Of a DNA stretch of 64,000 bases, positions 1 through 10,779 are shown in pieces. Under the pieces are notes generated by a model that saw only the letters and a list, made by a program, of their open reading frames with translations, did not search any database and was not told the DNA's origin. Both the position numbers and the translations under genes were made by a program. Origin of the DNA: Syntrophales bacterium (lineage in GTDB: Bacteria > Desulfobacterota > Syntrophia > Syntrophales > UBA2210); the NCBI GenBank assembly GCA_963662405.2, contig CAXXKT010000001.1, forward strand, positions 1,888,001 through 1,952,000, written 5' to 3'. Position 1 is the first letter of the stretch; the number at the start of each line of letters is the position of its first letter.

Positions 1-461
1 ACACTGTATACCTTGTTCGTATTGGATTATGCCTTCGCCGGTACCAATAGTGCTTGAAGGTGTTGGTCCGGCCGGGGGCAGTTCCTGTCGATACCACGCA
101 TGACATGCGCCAGATAGGTCGTCGGTTTCCTCGTACACCCTGTTGCGCTTTTCATCTGACGGGCTTGGGCAGAACGGCTCTTCTCTGACTTGCCCTCGGC
201 TTCGATTGCCGAGTGTGGTTCTGACGCGGGGGAATGCTCCTTATCTGTGGCAGCTGTTGCCAACCATTTCCGAGGACGATCGAAGAGCCGGGTGTTGGTG
301 GAAAAACGAATATTCTTCTCCTGCACTGTGGTATCAGCATTGGCCCGCTTGAGTGGGGGACTTCTTGATTGCCGTGAGCTTCAAGCCCGCTTCCATGGGT
401 TAATAATGACAGGGTAATAAATCTTTCGTCAGGGACGGCCATTATAGGAAAAGACGAACAT

Positions 462-499
462 AAAAAAAGGTGGCTGATTCCTTGAGACCTTCAGCCACC
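462..499 (-). terminator. Rho-independent terminator
   Basis: Minus strand GGTGGCTGA...TCAGCCACC stem followed by 7 T. Confidence 0.75.
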
Positions 500-559
500 C
501 GATATATAAACAGAGAGAACACTCAAAAGACACTCTCCGATTTATGTCTCCATCCCACA

Positions 560-694
560 ATGGGGGGGGTCGGTGAGCGGAAAGGAGGGAACGTAAAACC
601 GCCCACCGACATATAAAGCCTTTATAACAACCCCCTCTTCTATGGGGGGGGGGCCGGTGAGCGGAAAGGAGGGAACATAAAACCACTCACCGGC
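560..694 (-). repeat. Two ~50-bp hairpin repeats (560-610, 642-694) with UUCCCUCCUUU loops; candidate sRNA
   Basis: Near-identical copies; 12-bp stems with a compensatory change and G-U pairs that only work on the minus strand. Confidence 0.7.
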
Positions 695-702
695 TAAAAA
701 AC

Positions 703-906
703 TCAATCCTCCGAAAGATCCGAAAGGAAGAAATCCTCACTCAAAACGGCATTCTTTGATCTCTTTCCCTGAAGATCCACGAAATGATTCGAAACCGAAC
801 CACCATCGCGCCGGACTGTACCACAATCTCTATGGGGTTTGAGAGCATCTGTACCTTTCTCTCCAGAGCCCCTCTCCAAAACCTTTTTCTTTGTCGTATC
901 TTTCAT
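703..906 (-). CDS. Hypothetical 67-aa ORF downstream of sigma54 promoter
   Basis: ORF track; position just after promoter; no recognisable motif. Confidence 0.3.
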   Translation of the reverse strand: MKDTTKKKVLERGSGEKGTDALKPHRDCGTVRRDGGSVSNHFVDLQGKRSKNAVLSEDFFLSDLSED

Positions 907-959
907 CGAGACTCTCGCTCTTGATCCAAGGCCGTTTAAAGAACTCAGTTTGTCTGTTA

Positions 960-975
960 TGCAACAACGGTGCCA
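960..975 (-). promoter_or_regulatory. Sigma54 (-24/-12) promoter
   Basis: Minus strand TGGCAC-CGTTG-TTGCA matches the TGGCAC-N5-TTGC consensus; next to a sigma54 activator gene. Confidence 0.8.
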
Positions 976-1238
976 AAACTAATCTGAGTGAGAAAAAGAC
1001 CCTGAAGCAGAAATGTATTGATAAATCGAATGGTTAGAAAGTAGGCCTCAATGGGAAGGGTGTCGCAAAGATGAAAAAATGGGGAGTATTCATGACAACC
1101 TGAGGAGATGATGTTGATAACCCGTGCTCGTCCCGCACGTTAATGGTCCAACAGGGGGGATGATACCCCTAAAAACAGGGTATGTGTGCGATCTGAGAAC
1201 TATAAGTTCGAAGACCGCACTTTTTGGGGCGGTGTGAC

Positions 1239-3338
1239 CTATGAGGCATCAGTTTCCAATTTTTTGAGTTCACGTATAAGTGTGTACCGTGAAATGCTGA
1301 GTTGTCTGGCAGCTGCGGCCTTGTTGCCGCGGTTGACCTCGAGAGCTCTCCGGAGGATTTCACCTTTAATTTTGTTCGTCAATTCATCGACTGAACGCCG
1401 GTAGTCTGAGGGATAGGGGATACCGAGGACGGATAGCTCGCCGGCATGGATTTCCAATGAATGGGGCTCTGCCGCCTTGATCTCCGCCGGGATATTATCA
1501 GAGGTAATTAAATTGCTGACACTTTGGAGGATCATGATACGCTCAATGATGTTTTTCAGCTCCCTTACATTACCCGGCCAATGATAGCTTTTCAGGAGCT
1601 TTTCCGCATCGGCGGTAAAGCCCTTTACGCTCTTGTTCAATTTTGTGTTGAACTCCTCGATATAGTGATAGGCCAGAGGCATGATGTCTTCGATTCTTTC
1701 CCGGAGAGGCGGTATCACGATAGGGACAACACTAATCCGGTAGAACAGATCTTCTCGGAAGGTCCCCTCGCTCGCCATCTGGCTTAAATCCCTGTTAGTG
1801 GAGAATATAAACCTGACGTCAATGGGAATATTGTCTACGCCACCAAGCCGTCGGATGTGATTTTCTTCGAGCATTCTGAGAAACTTTGCTTGAATCGAGG
1901 GGTTCATTTCGCCGATTTCGTCCAGGAGGAACGTTCCTCCGCTTGCGTGCTCGACGAGCCCAATTTTCCTTTTCCTCGCATCGGTGAAAGCCCCGGCCTC
2001 ATAACCGAAGAGCTCACTTTCGAGCAGTGTCCCCGGTATGGCAGCGCAATTTACCTCCACAAAGGGTTTTGATTTTCTGGTGCTCTGTCGGTGAACAGCG
2101 CGTGCTATCAGTTCCTTTCCCGTTCCGCTTTCCCCCTGTACGAGTACACTGGTATCGTGCCGGGCGACATCCTTTATCATATGAAATATATCCAGCATCT
2201 TACTGGAATTACCTATAATATTATGAAAGCCCAAGAGTTTATTTTCTCTTTCTTTGAGCATCTCGACTTCCGTCTTGAGTGACTTGGCCTCACGGGAGAG
2301 TTGAGAACGCAAGATGGCGTTGTCATATGAAATAGCGGCGTTGATGATAAGGATGTCCAGGAGACTTTTCTGATCACTTGAATAGTCCCCTTGTCGCTTG
2401 CCCAGATACAGTATCCCTTTGAATTTATCTTTGATTCTCAAGGGTATGGCTATCTCAGATGGATGGCCGTCAAAGATGGGGGTGGCCCCCGACCCTTGAG
2501 GAGACAGTTGCGTGATAAGGATGTCCTCATCGAGTGCCTTCTGGATGATGCTGCGTTGTATCTTTGGATAGTATATATTGTCCTGATCCGAAAAGACCTG
2601 CTGTCCATCGCTGATTAGAAAGCTTCTCTTTTCGATGTCAAGGAAGTAGAGAAGCGCCTTCTCCGCCTCTCCGATTCTGATCGCGTTGTGTATGACGGTT
2701 TCATGGATTTTGTCCAGGTTGTACGTCGAGTTGACTTGTGACATCGCGTCTTGGAGCATCAGCAGCCTTCTGATCTTTTCTCTGTTGTCATCGAAAAGAC
2801 GGAGGTTGTGTATGACGACACTGATGTGATTCGCGAAGGTCATAAGGGTGCTGATCACTTCCCGTGGAAACGTTGTTTTCCTCTCATACCATACGGCGAT
2901 AATGCCTATCACGTCATCCTGTATCTTGAGGGGACCGCAGAATGCCGAGTATAAACCGGTCTCCCCGCCGTAGAGGCTGGTGAGTTTACGATCCGTGGGA
3001 GTGATCATGGGATCCGTCTCGGAATCTTCGAGGACGATATAATTGCCGGTCCTCGCGACCTTTGTCACGAGACAATCGTGCCGCTCGAGGTTCAGCTTGC
3101 GCGCAAAGGCCCGTTTTGCCTCCTCAGGGCTGTAATTCTTGACAACTTTGGTAACCAGATTCTTCTTTTGCTCGTCGAGGAGACAGATGACCCCCCGGTG
3201 AAACCCCATGGTGTCCACCGCTTCATCCAGGATCCTCTGGAGGGTGTCCTCAAAACTGAAGGGGGTCGTGATCAAGGCGCTCATGCGATAGAAGCACCCC
3301 AAGATCCGTTCTGTTGAGTAGAAGAAGTCAGGACTCAT
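1239..3338 (-). CDS. Sigma54-dependent enhancer-binding protein (2 GAF-like + AAA+ + Fis HTH)
   Basis: GESGTGKE Walker A, ELFGYEAGAFTDA, LLDEIGEM, WPGNVREL, C-terminal AARQL HTH. Confidence 0.95.
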   Translation of the reverse strand: MSPDFFYSTERILGCFYRMSALITTPFSFEDTLQRILDEAVDTMGFHRGVICLLDEQKKNLVTKVVKNYSPEEAKRAFARKLNLERHDCLVTKVARTGNYIVLEDSETDPMITPTDRKLTSLYGGETGLYSAFCGPLKIQDDVIGIIAVWYERKTTFPREVISTLMTFANHISVVIHNLRLFDDNREKIRRLLMLQDAMSQVNSTYNLDKIHETVIHNAIRIGEAEKALLYFLDIEKRSFLISDGQQVFSDQDNIYYPKIQRSIIQKALDEDILITQLSPQGSGATPIFDGHPSEIAIPLRIKDKFKGILYLGKRQGDYSSDQKSLLDILIINAAISYDNAILRSQLSREAKSLKTEVEMLKERENKLLGFHNIIGNSSKMLDIFHMIKDVARHDTSVLVQGESGTGKELIARAVHRQSTRKSKPFVEVNCAAIPGTLLESELFGYEAGAFTDARKRKIGLVEHASGGTFLLDEIGEMNPSIQAKFLRMLEENHIRRLGGVDNIPIDVRFIFSTNRDLSQMASEGTFREDLFYRISVVPIVIPPLRERIEDIMPLAYHYIEEFNTKLNKSVKGFTADAEKLLKSYHWPGNVRELKNIIERIMILQSVSNLITSDNIPAEIKAAEPHSLEIHAGELSVLGIPYPSDYRRSVDELTNKIKGEILRRALEVNRGNKAAAARQLSISRYTLIRELKKLETDAS

Positions 3339-3361
3339 ACGATCTTGCCTCGGGAGAGTTA

Positions 3362-5392
3362 TTATGCCTTGTCGTACTTTAAAAACTGCATGGAAAAGGT
3401 ACCCCTTCCCTGTGTAACCGAGCGTAGGTCGGTTGAATACCCGAACATCCGTTTTAAGGGAACGCGCGCCTTGATCTCACTCACGGGATCTTTGTGGTCG
3501 ATTTGTTCCACTTCGCCATTCCTGGCATTGATGTTGCCGATGACCTCGCCCATGAACTCGCCCGGAGTGATGATATCCACCTCGACGATGGGCTCCAACA
3601 GAGTGGGTTGCGCCCGTGAGCACCCATTTGAAAAGGCTGTTGAGGCTGCTATGCGGTATCCGAGTTCCGTCGATTCCGCGTCTCTGAAAGAGCCGCCGAC
3701 TACTCGAATGACCACATCGACGACCGGATAACCGGCTATCGTCCCGCTGAGGGCCGCGTCACGGATCCCATCTTCAATAACAGCTTGAAATTCAGAAGGA
3801 ATAACATCACTTGTGGTTTCATTTATGACCACCAGACCGCTCCCCCGCTCACCGGGTTCCAGATGCAGGACCACATGGCCGAAATGCTTCTTGTCACCAA
3901 GCTTTCGTTCGAATATTTCCTCGGCCTTTGTCCCTTTTTCAATCGTTTCTCGATAGACAACCTTGGGTTTGCCGATATTGACATTGGTATGGAATTCACG
4001 GATAAGCCGGTCGATGATAATCTCAAGATGGAGCTCCCCCATCCCGGAGATGATCGTTTGAGCGGTCTCGTCATCATATTTAACGGTGAGGGTGGGGTCT
4101 TCGCTCGATAACTTCTCGAGGGCAAAGAGTAACCGCTCCTGATCCGCAGGTGTCTTCGCCTCTATCGCTTGACTGATAACCGGCTCATATGACTCGATCC
4201 GTTCGAGAATAATCGGATGGGATTCGTCGGATATGGTATCTCCCGTGGATGTATCCTTCAGACCGACCACCGCGATGATATCACCGGCCCCGGCCTCCTT
4301 GACGCGTTCCCGTTTATTGGAATGCATCTTCAAAAGTCGGGATACCTTTTCCTTGTGCCCCTTGCTTGCATTGTAGATATCCTCTCCGGCTTTGATTTTC
4401 CCGGAGTATATCCTCATGTAGGTGATCTTTCTTCCTTCTTCCAGCATTACCTTGAACGCCAGGGCCGCGAGCGGTTCCTTGATGCTGCTGCGGCGGGTTT
4501 CAATCTCCTTCGTGACGGGATTGATCCCCTCGACAGGGGGAATGTCTTCAGGGGAAGGAAGAAAATGAATGATGGAATCGAGAACCGGCTGGACCCCCTT
4601 GTTACGCAGGGCCGTACCGCAGAGTACCGGAACCACCTGGAGCGAGAGGGTTGCATTCCTGATTGATTCCAAGGTTTCGTTCTCGGTAATTTCGGTTCCC
4701 TCAAGGTATTTTTCAGCGATGACGTCGTCGATCTCCGCCAGTGTCTCGATCATTTTTTCACGATGTTTTTCGGTTTCGGTAAGCATGTCCGAAGGGATGT
4801 CGAAGGTATCATATGACTGCCCCAGGGTGTCTTCGTCCCAGGTGATCAACCGCTGTCCGATAAGATCGATTACTCCCTGAAAAGTATCGTTTTGTGTATA
4901 CGGTATCTGGATCGGGAGGGGTATTGAGGTGAACCGCTCATTCATCGTTCGCATTGTGCCCCAGTAGTCCGCACCCACTCGATCCATCTTGTTGATGAAT
5001 GCTATCTTGGGGACGTGATACTTGTCGGCTTGGCGCCAGACCGTTTCAGATTGTGGTTCTACCCCTCCGACGGCGCAGAATACGACCAACACCCCGTCCA
5101 AAACCCGGAGGGATCGCTCCACCTCCATCGTAAAATCCACGTGACCGGGGGTGTCGATGATATGTATCTCCTGGCCCTTCCAGAGACAGGTCGTAACCGC
5201 GGAGGTGATGGTGATCCCTCGCTCCTGCTCTTGTGCCATCCAGTCCATGACCGCCTCACCATCATGGACCTCGCCGATCTTATGGGTCCTGCCGGTATAA
5301 TAGAGGATCCTTTCCGTTACAGTAGTTTTCCCCGCATCTATGTGCGCGATGATTCCTATATTTCTTGTTTTTGAAAGTCGTCCGGAGGCCAT
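3362..5392 (-). CDS. fusA: Elongation factor G (stand-alone copy outside the str operon)
   Basis: [43 protein letters not shown]. Confidence 0.95.
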   Translation of the reverse strand: MASGRLSKTRNIGIIAHIDAGKTTVTERILYYTGRTHKIGEVHDGEAVMDWMAQEQERGITITSAVTTCLWKGQEIHIIDTPGHVDFTMEVERSLRVLDGVLVVFCAVGGVEPQSETVWRQADKYHVPKIAFINKMDRVGADYWGTMRTMNERFTSIPLPIQIPYTQNDTFQGVIDLIGQRLITWDEDTLGQSYDTFDIPSDMLTETEKHREKMIETLAEIDDVIAEKYLEGTEITENETLESIRNATLSLQVVPVLCGTALRNKGVQPVLDSIIHFLPSPEDIPPVEGINPVTKEIETRRSSIKEPLAALAFKVMLEEGRKITYMRIYSGKIKAGEDIYNASKGHKEKVSRLLKMHSNKRERVKEAGAGDIIAVVGLKDTSTGDTISDESHPIILERIESYEPVISQAIEAKTPADQERLLFALEKLSSEDPTLTVKYDDETAQTIISGMGELHLEIIIDRLIREFHTNVNIGKPKVVYRETIEKGTKAEEIFERKLGDKKHFGHVVLHLEPGERGSGLVVINETTSDVIPSEFQAVIEDGIRDAALSGTIAGYPVVDVVIRVVGGSFRDAESTELGYRIAASTAFSNGCSRAQPTLLEPIVEVDIITPGEFMGEVIGNINARNGEVEQIDHKDPVSEIKARVPLKRMFGYSTDLRSVTQGRGTFSMQFLKYDKA

Positions 5393-5411
5393 GATATTTT
5401 GTTTCGTATCC

Positions 5412-6026
5412 TCATTGGTTTTCTACGATCAGTTCCCTGTTCATCGAAAAGGGCGTGGTCGTGTCAATATGGCCCTTTATCGTTTCCACACCGGTTCCCT
5501 CTATCAGTATCCGCACCCCTTTGATCGATGGCATATTGATGGTAACGGTGTTGGTCAGCGAATAGATGGTCATTATCTCACTGGCACTTCCCCCGGGGTG
5601 AAGATCGATAAGATTCCTCCCGAAATCGATTGTGGCAACACCGTCCTTCACGGAAATACCCCTCAGGGCGGTCTCTTTCGGGAAGGTCTCTACCAGGTCG
5701 GTATGGGGGCCCTCGATCAGTGCCTCAACCAGTTCTTTCACCATGTCGCTTGAGGAATTCCTCCGGGTGACATACCGTTCTTCCGGAATGAGAAAACGCT
5801 CGTTGAGATCGGAGAAATAGAGGCTCATCTTCTCCTTTTCCTCCTTGACCACTGCTCCCCGCGTCCCACCGGCGGGGGGATAGATGTAATCGAACAGCGA
5901 GAGAAAGAAGAAGAGGAGAAATCCTACGCCAACCAGAATGATGAGTGACAGATAGAACGTTCTGGTATTTTTCTTTTTCTGTTTTGCCTTTATCTGTTTG
6001 GATTTTGTTTTTTTCTTGGAGCCCAT
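5412..6026 (-). CDS. GerMN-domain membrane-anchored protein
   Basis: N-terminal [32 protein letters not shown] pattern. Confidence 0.8.
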   Translation of the reverse strand: MGSKKKTKSKQIKAKQKKKNTRTFYLSLIILVGVGFLLFFFLSLFDYIYPPAGGTRGAVVKEEKEKMSLYFSDLNERFLIPEERYVTRRNSSSDMVKELVEALIEGPHTDLVETFPKETALRGISVKDGVATIDFGRNLIDLHPGGSASEIMTIYSLTNTVTINMPSIKGVRILIEGTGVETIKGHIDTTTPFSMNRELIVENQ

Positions 6027-6216
6027 ATCGTATGTATTCCCCCGTTGGAAAGCGCGCCAAATCTAAGGTAAAATGCGCGTCCTGTCAAGATAAGAAAATC
6101 GAAAATCGTGGTTTCCGAAGAGACTGAATAAATTCAAATTATTATAACAACACGGTGGTGACAGCTCACTTGCGGTGACTCATGATCTCTCGCCGGAGCT
6201 TTTCCCCTCAGCGGAG

Positions 6217-7020
6217 CTAGGGATTGAAAGTCTCCAGTTTTTCTCTCGCCTTTGCTCCGAATACCGAATCCGGGCTTGTCTCGATGACGGACTGCAATTC
6301 CCGAATTGCCTTCTCCCGGTTTCCCGCTTCGAGATGGCTCACTCCTAACCAGTAGTGTGATTCAATCATGCCGGGGGCACTATCGACCGCCTTTGTCAGG
6401 AAATGAATGGCCGCATCGATATTATGCCCGGCAAGGTATGCAATCCCCGTGTTTTTCTGGATGAGTGGGCGTATGGGTGTATCGGGCTCTCTGGTCAGCG
6501 CAGCCTCATATTTCGTGAGTGCCGTTTGCCAATCACCTTTCTGATAGTATGCCCATCCGATGTTGTTGAGCGCCACCGCAGGCGTCTCATAGAGCATGTT
6601 TGAGAGTGCTCGGTTAAATGCCTCTATTGCCCTTTCATGCCTGCCCTCTTCCAAGTATATGGTCCCCAGATAATTGTGTGCCTCGGAGTAATCCGACCGG
6701 AGGGACACGGCTGCATGAAACTGTTCTTTTGCCTCTGATTTTAAACCGTTTCCGTAATAGGCGAGACCTGTATAGTACCGTATTTGAGGATCATTTGGGG
6801 AAAAACGTTGTGCCGTAAGGAATTCCCTGAGGGCCGGGGTAAAATGCCCGGACTTCAAATAGGCCGTGCCCATCGTCACGTGAGAGGATGCTCGTTCTCT
6901 GTCTTGACTGCTGGTAGCACAACCGCTAAGGCAAAACAGGGCCATTATGGTTGTTAGAATGGCGAAACGAGCAAGGCCCGTTTTTGCGCCGAGACGGGTG
7001 TCACTCATTATTGCTTGCAT
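6217..7020 (-). CDS. TPR lipoprotein (PilF/PilW/Tgl-like)
   Basis: Lipobox LSGC, multiple TPRs (EAHNYLGTIY, ALNNIGWAY). Confidence 0.75.
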   Translation of the reverse strand: MQAIMSDTRLGAKTGLARFAILTTIMALFCLSGCATSSQDRERASSHVTMGTAYLKSGHFTPALREFLTAQRFSPNDPQIRYYTGLAYYGNGLKSEAKEQFHAAVSLRSDYSEAHNYLGTIYLEEGRHERAIEAFNRALSNMLYETPAVALNNIGWAYYQKGDWQTALTKYEAALTREPDTPIRPLIQKNTGIAYLAGHNIDAAIHFLTKAVDSAPGMIESHYWLGVSHLEAGNREKAIRELQSVIETSPDSVFGAKAREKLETFNP

Positions 7021-7579
7021 TGACCCACCAATCGCCCTTATCTTGAAACCACCACTCGGATGAATCCGTTTCGGTTATCTCCACCGCCAGTTTCTTCGCA
7101 CTGTCCGTGCAGAGCCTCTTGACGGCAAAAGCGATCCATTCTCTGCTGTATTTGTTTCCCAGATCACCGTATTCTTTCAGCTGAAGGATCAGTGCAAGCT
7201 GATCGGCGTCGCGTGCCAGCAATGATTCTTTGGTCTTCTTTTCGTTGAATTCATCAATGGCGTTTCGAATCTCATCTCCGAAAGGAAGGGTTGCGGCAAG
7301 TTCTTCAACCGCTTTCCGTTCGTCAACCGTGACATATTTCTTGTTGACGTAATTCATGTCGCCGGTCCGTGCCTCCGGGAGATCATGCACGAGACACAGC
7401 TTCAAAACCCGCGCTTCGTCCACGCCGGATTCCAGTTTGCACAGGGTATAACCGATAAAGATTGTCCTGAGGATATGTTCCGCCACGGATTCTGATCCGG
7501 AACCCAGGAACTGAAACCCTGACCTTGGTGTCTTTTGAAGCATCCCTGCCTCAAATAAAAAATTTACTATACTTCTCAT
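7001..7579 (-). CDS. HD-domain hydrolase (5'-deoxynucleotidase-like)
   Basis: PRSG, ESVAEH, LVHDLPEARTGD, DADQL. Confidence 0.85.
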   Translation of the reverse strand: MRSIVNFLFEAGMLQKTPRSGFQFLGSGSESVAEHILRTIFIGYTLCKLESGVDEARVLKLCLVHDLPEARTGDMNYVNKKYVTVDERKAVEELAATLPFGDEIRNAIDEFNEKKTKESLLARDADQLALILQLKEYGDLGNKYSREWIAFAVKRLCTDSAKKLAVEITETDSSEWWFQDKGDWWVNASNNE

Positions 7580-7580
7580 C

Positions 7581-7787
7581 TCAGCTCTTTTTCAGTATCT
7601 TGATCCGGTTTTCCATCATTTCATTGATCTTTTTTATTTCCACCTGAAGAGAGGCAATGCCATCGGGCTTCATCGACGCCACCCTCATGAGCCGTTCATG
7701 CCAGTACTGAACAACCGAAATCTCATGCTCTTTCAGCTTTTTCTCAACTTTTTCCTGAAAGTTTCTCAGAAATTCATGATCGGACAT
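7581..7787 (-). CDS. Small hypothetical protein
   Basis: G-rich RBS before ATG at 7787; abuts the HD gene. Confidence 0.6.
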   Translation of the reverse strand: MSDHEFLRNFQEKVEKKLKEHEISVVQYWHERLMRVASMKPDGIASLQVEIKKINEMMENRIKILKKS

Positions 7788-7957
7788 GTTCCCCCCTCTT
7801 TTCCCAAAATGTACGAATACAAAACTTACTGACCATATATCATTTAAGTTTGAGTTGCAACAGGCGCGCGCTCTCATTTTTGGACGGGCTCGGGTGAATG
7901 CCGCAGGATTTCACGGTTTGACTTTTAGTCGGCATATGTATATAGAAACAAACTTGT

Positions 7958-9616
7958 TTGAGGAGGGCTTTTGTGAACAGACCGGGTCTGTCAATCTATC
8001 TTCTAGCCGCCATGCTGTTTCTTGCCTTGGTCGATCCATCGGGTGTCTTTTCCAGTGAAGATACGGCATATATCGTGTTTGAGAGGGCAGGCGTTTCCAA
8101 GGATCTCGCCGATCCGTATATCATCAAGAAAAACGAACACCTTTTCGGGATCATCAGGAACCGGTATGCCGTTTCAGAAACCGATATTCACCGAATCTTG
8201 CAGCTCATCAGAAAGTTGAACCCTGAGCTGAAAGATATCAATGTTATTCACCCGGGACAGAAGATCCTTCTCCCCCGGAAGAGGTCTGCGGAGATCTCCC
8301 CCGCTCCTCAACACCCATTGACTGCCGAGAATTCGGAAAAGAGGGACAAGACGACCCTTTTCAAATATGTGGTGAAGAGCGGCGACAGCATCTCGGAGAT
8401 TATTCATGGGTTCGGCAATTCATATGGTGATATCTATAGGATATTGAAACTGGTTCAGCGCCTTAATCCAAAAGTTAAAAATTTTAACGCGATATACCCG
8501 GGGCAAACCTTGCGGTTTCCCTCTGAAGTTTTTAAGAAATCGACACTTTCCTCCGAAGATCGGGATATTTCTCTCCCTGAACATAAGCTGGTGCCGGTGA
8601 TCGGTCATATCGTGGGAAGAATGCGGGATAACATCATAACGGAAGGGAAATACTGTATTCCGATTCCTCCTTCCGGCGAGGTAACGATTAACTGCTCAAA
8701 GGTTCCCGTTATAGAGACCCGTGGCGGCAATACGATTCTTCTCGATCTTTTCGACCGGATACCCGCAGATCTGAAAAACATAATAGAAACGACGTGGCAT
8801 ACCTACCGTGTTGTTGATGGGGGGGAGAGGAAATCCATATCCTCCATTCTCCAAAGGGTGCTGAAAGCTGCCAGCGTATATAGTCTTGAACAGGTCAATC
8901 GCCAGACAAAGATCGGCGATACGCCGGAAATCGGGGTGTTGACGGACTGGATTGTTTCAAGGAAACCCCAATCGGGTGAATCGAGCAGATACGCATTGAA
9001 TTTTTTGAGAAAAAGGTCCGATCTACTCCCCCTTCCCGTGAAGGATTATGCGCGGAGAAGCGGACTCGATATCATTGAAATTATGGATGGCTTCGGGATC
9101 GCCGGTGATGCGACGGTACATCAATCATTGCCCCCTCAGGCCATTGATTCCGACAGCGATCTCGTATGCGTTGCTTCTCTCCTGAAAATACTCGGTTATG
9201 CTCCGGTAGAAGAGGTCGAGATTGCGCTCCTGAACGGAGATGGTCTTTCTCTGTCTCTGAAGGCGGAGTTGCTGGTGAATAATGGGGGCATGCGTGTTAT
9301 CGTAACGGCGCAAGAAATTGCTGAGCAGGTCATACGTCTCCTGCGGGACAGGGGGGACAAGGTCGTCATTGTATCTGACGACAAAAGACGGGCAGAGATC
9401 ATAGCGGATATGGTACGCGCCCTGGATATCCCCTTTTCGCGTGAAGATTTCAGGTTTTCACTTTCACAAGATACCGAGAAGCGAAGGGGCTACATATCTC
9501 TTCCCGCCCTGCGAATCGAGGGGGACAGGACCCTGCATCTGGTCGAATACGATGTTGATAGTGGAATCCAAGCGCTTCTCCGTAAGGAGTGGAAAGTAGA
9601 ATTGGTACGGTATTGA
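7958..9616 (+). CDS. LysM-domain exported protein
   Basis: Signal-like N-terminus; two LysM-like repeats (LNPELKDINVIHPGQKI; YVVKSGDS...LNPKVKNFNAIYPGQ). Confidence 0.8.
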   Translation: MRRAFVNRPGLSIYLLAAMLFLALVDPSGVFSSEDTAYIVFERAGVSKDLADPYIIKKNEHLFGIIRNRYAVSETDIHRILQLIRKLNPELKDINVIHPGQKILLPRKRSAEISPAPQHPLTAENSEKRDKTTLFKYVVKSGDSISEIIHGFGNSYGDIYRILKLVQRLNPKVKNFNAIYPGQTLRFPSEVFKKSTLSSEDRDISLPEHKLVPVIGHIVGRMRDNIITEGKYCIPIPPSGEVTINCSKVPVIETRGGNTILLDLFDRIPADLKNIIETTWHTYRVVDGGERKSISSILQRVLKAASVYSLEQVNRQTKIGDTPEIGVLTDWIVSRKPQSGESSRYALNFLRKRSDLLPLPVKDYARRSGLDIIEIMDGFGIAGDATVHQSLPPQAIDSDSDLVCVASLLKILGYAPVEEVEIALLNGDGLSLSLKAELLVNNGGMRVIVTAQEIAEQVIRLLRDRGDKVVIVSDDKRRAEIIADMVRALDIPFSREDFRFSLSQDTEKRRGYISLPALRIEGDRTLHLVEYDVDSGIQALLRKEWKVELVRY

Positions 9617-10596
9617 AGGTAAAGGGAATTGCTTTAATGTCCGGTGGCCTTGACAGCATTCTTGCCGTTAAGGTCATGCAGGAACAGGGAATAGAGGTTG
9701 AGGGCGTTGCCTTTGAGACGCCTTTTTTTAGTGCCGACAGGGCTGTGGAGGCTTCCCGCGCGATAGACCTTCCGTTGACCGTTGTGAATATCACGGAAGA
9801 GCATCTCGTTATGCTCAGGGCGCCGCGGTACGGGTATGGCAAAAATATGAACCCCTGTATCGATTGCCATATCCTGATGCTTAAGAAAGCCGGGGAGATC
9901 ATGGAGTCCCGGGGGGATGATTGTATCCTGACGGGGGAAGTGCTGGGGCAGCGTCCCATGTCCCAGGGGAAACAATCGCTCCATGTCGTAGCGAAACGAT
10001 CGGGGTACCAGCCATATATTATCAGGCCGCTGAGCGCCCTGCTCCTGCCGGCGACCGTGCCGGAGACGGAAGGAAAGGTCGATCGGACCCGCTTACTGGA
10101 TATCCAGGGGAGGGGGAGAAAGCGCCAGATAGAGTTGGCCGAGAGGTATCGCATCACCGGGTATGCCACACCCGCTGGGGGGTGTCTCCTGACCGATGCG
10201 GGGTTTTCAAAGAGATTGAGAGACCTCTTCGAGCATGATACGGATGTAGAGATCAGGGATTTAGAACTCCTCAAGGTGGGGAGACACCTTCGATTGAATA
10301 ATACGACAAAGATAATCGTGGGGCGAAAACAAGGCGAGAATGCGATTATCAGCCATCTATCCGGTGACCATGATATCGTGATCAAAATGAAAGATCTTCC
10401 CGGCCCGACGGTCTTGGTACCGTACGGTTGCGATGATCAGGAGCTGCGCCGTGCCGCCTCGATTTGTGCCCTTTACGGCCGATTCCGAGGCGATAAAGAG
10501 GCCGTTGTGACGTGGCGGACGGGGGAAGGAGGGCCATTGAGATATGTTGAGGTTGCGCCCGCTGAAGACCAAGAGGTACGAAAACTGATAATCTAA
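9589..10596 (+). CDS. PP-loop tRNA thiolation-type protein (ThiI/MnmA-like)
   Basis: SGGLDS PP-loop, NPCIDC, TGEVLGQRPMSQ, PAGGCLLTD. Confidence 0.8.
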   Translation: MESRIGTVLKVKGIALMSGGLDSILAVKVMQEQGIEVEGVAFETPFFSADRAVEASRAIDLPLTVVNITEEHLVMLRAPRYGYGKNMNPCIDCHILMLKKAGEIMESRGDDCILTGEVLGQRPMSQGKQSLHVVAKRSGYQPYIIRPLSALLLPATVPETEGKVDRTRLLDIQGRGRKRQIELAERYRITGYATPAGGCLLTDAGFSKRLRDLFEHDTDVEIRDLELLKVGRHLRLNNTTKIIVGRKQGENAIISHLSGDHDIVIKMKDLPGPTVLVPYGCDDQELRRAASICALYGRFRGDKEAVVTWRTGEGGPLRYVEVAPAEDQEVRKLII

Positions 10597-10779
10597 GAAA
10601 GCAAATGGATCCGCGATGGGAGCACGACTCTTCGTCACGATCGAAAGGGGCCTGTCGAAGAGTCGGTATCGCAGATGTGTCTCATTTGATAACTGTTAAA
10701 AATATATGGAAAACTGGTAGAACAAGGTGTAGTTATCTCGGTAAGGGAATAACGTTTCTACACAATCGTGGAGGGTTTG

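Noticed and set aside
27..442. Several short overlapping ORFs at the window start
   Set aside because: No motifs or clear RBS; cannot choose a real frame
560..694. Possible CRISPR array
   Set aside because: Only two ~50-bp copies with long stems, and no cas genes
9450..10385. 311-aa minus-strand ORF
   Set aside because: Antisense to the PP-loop gene
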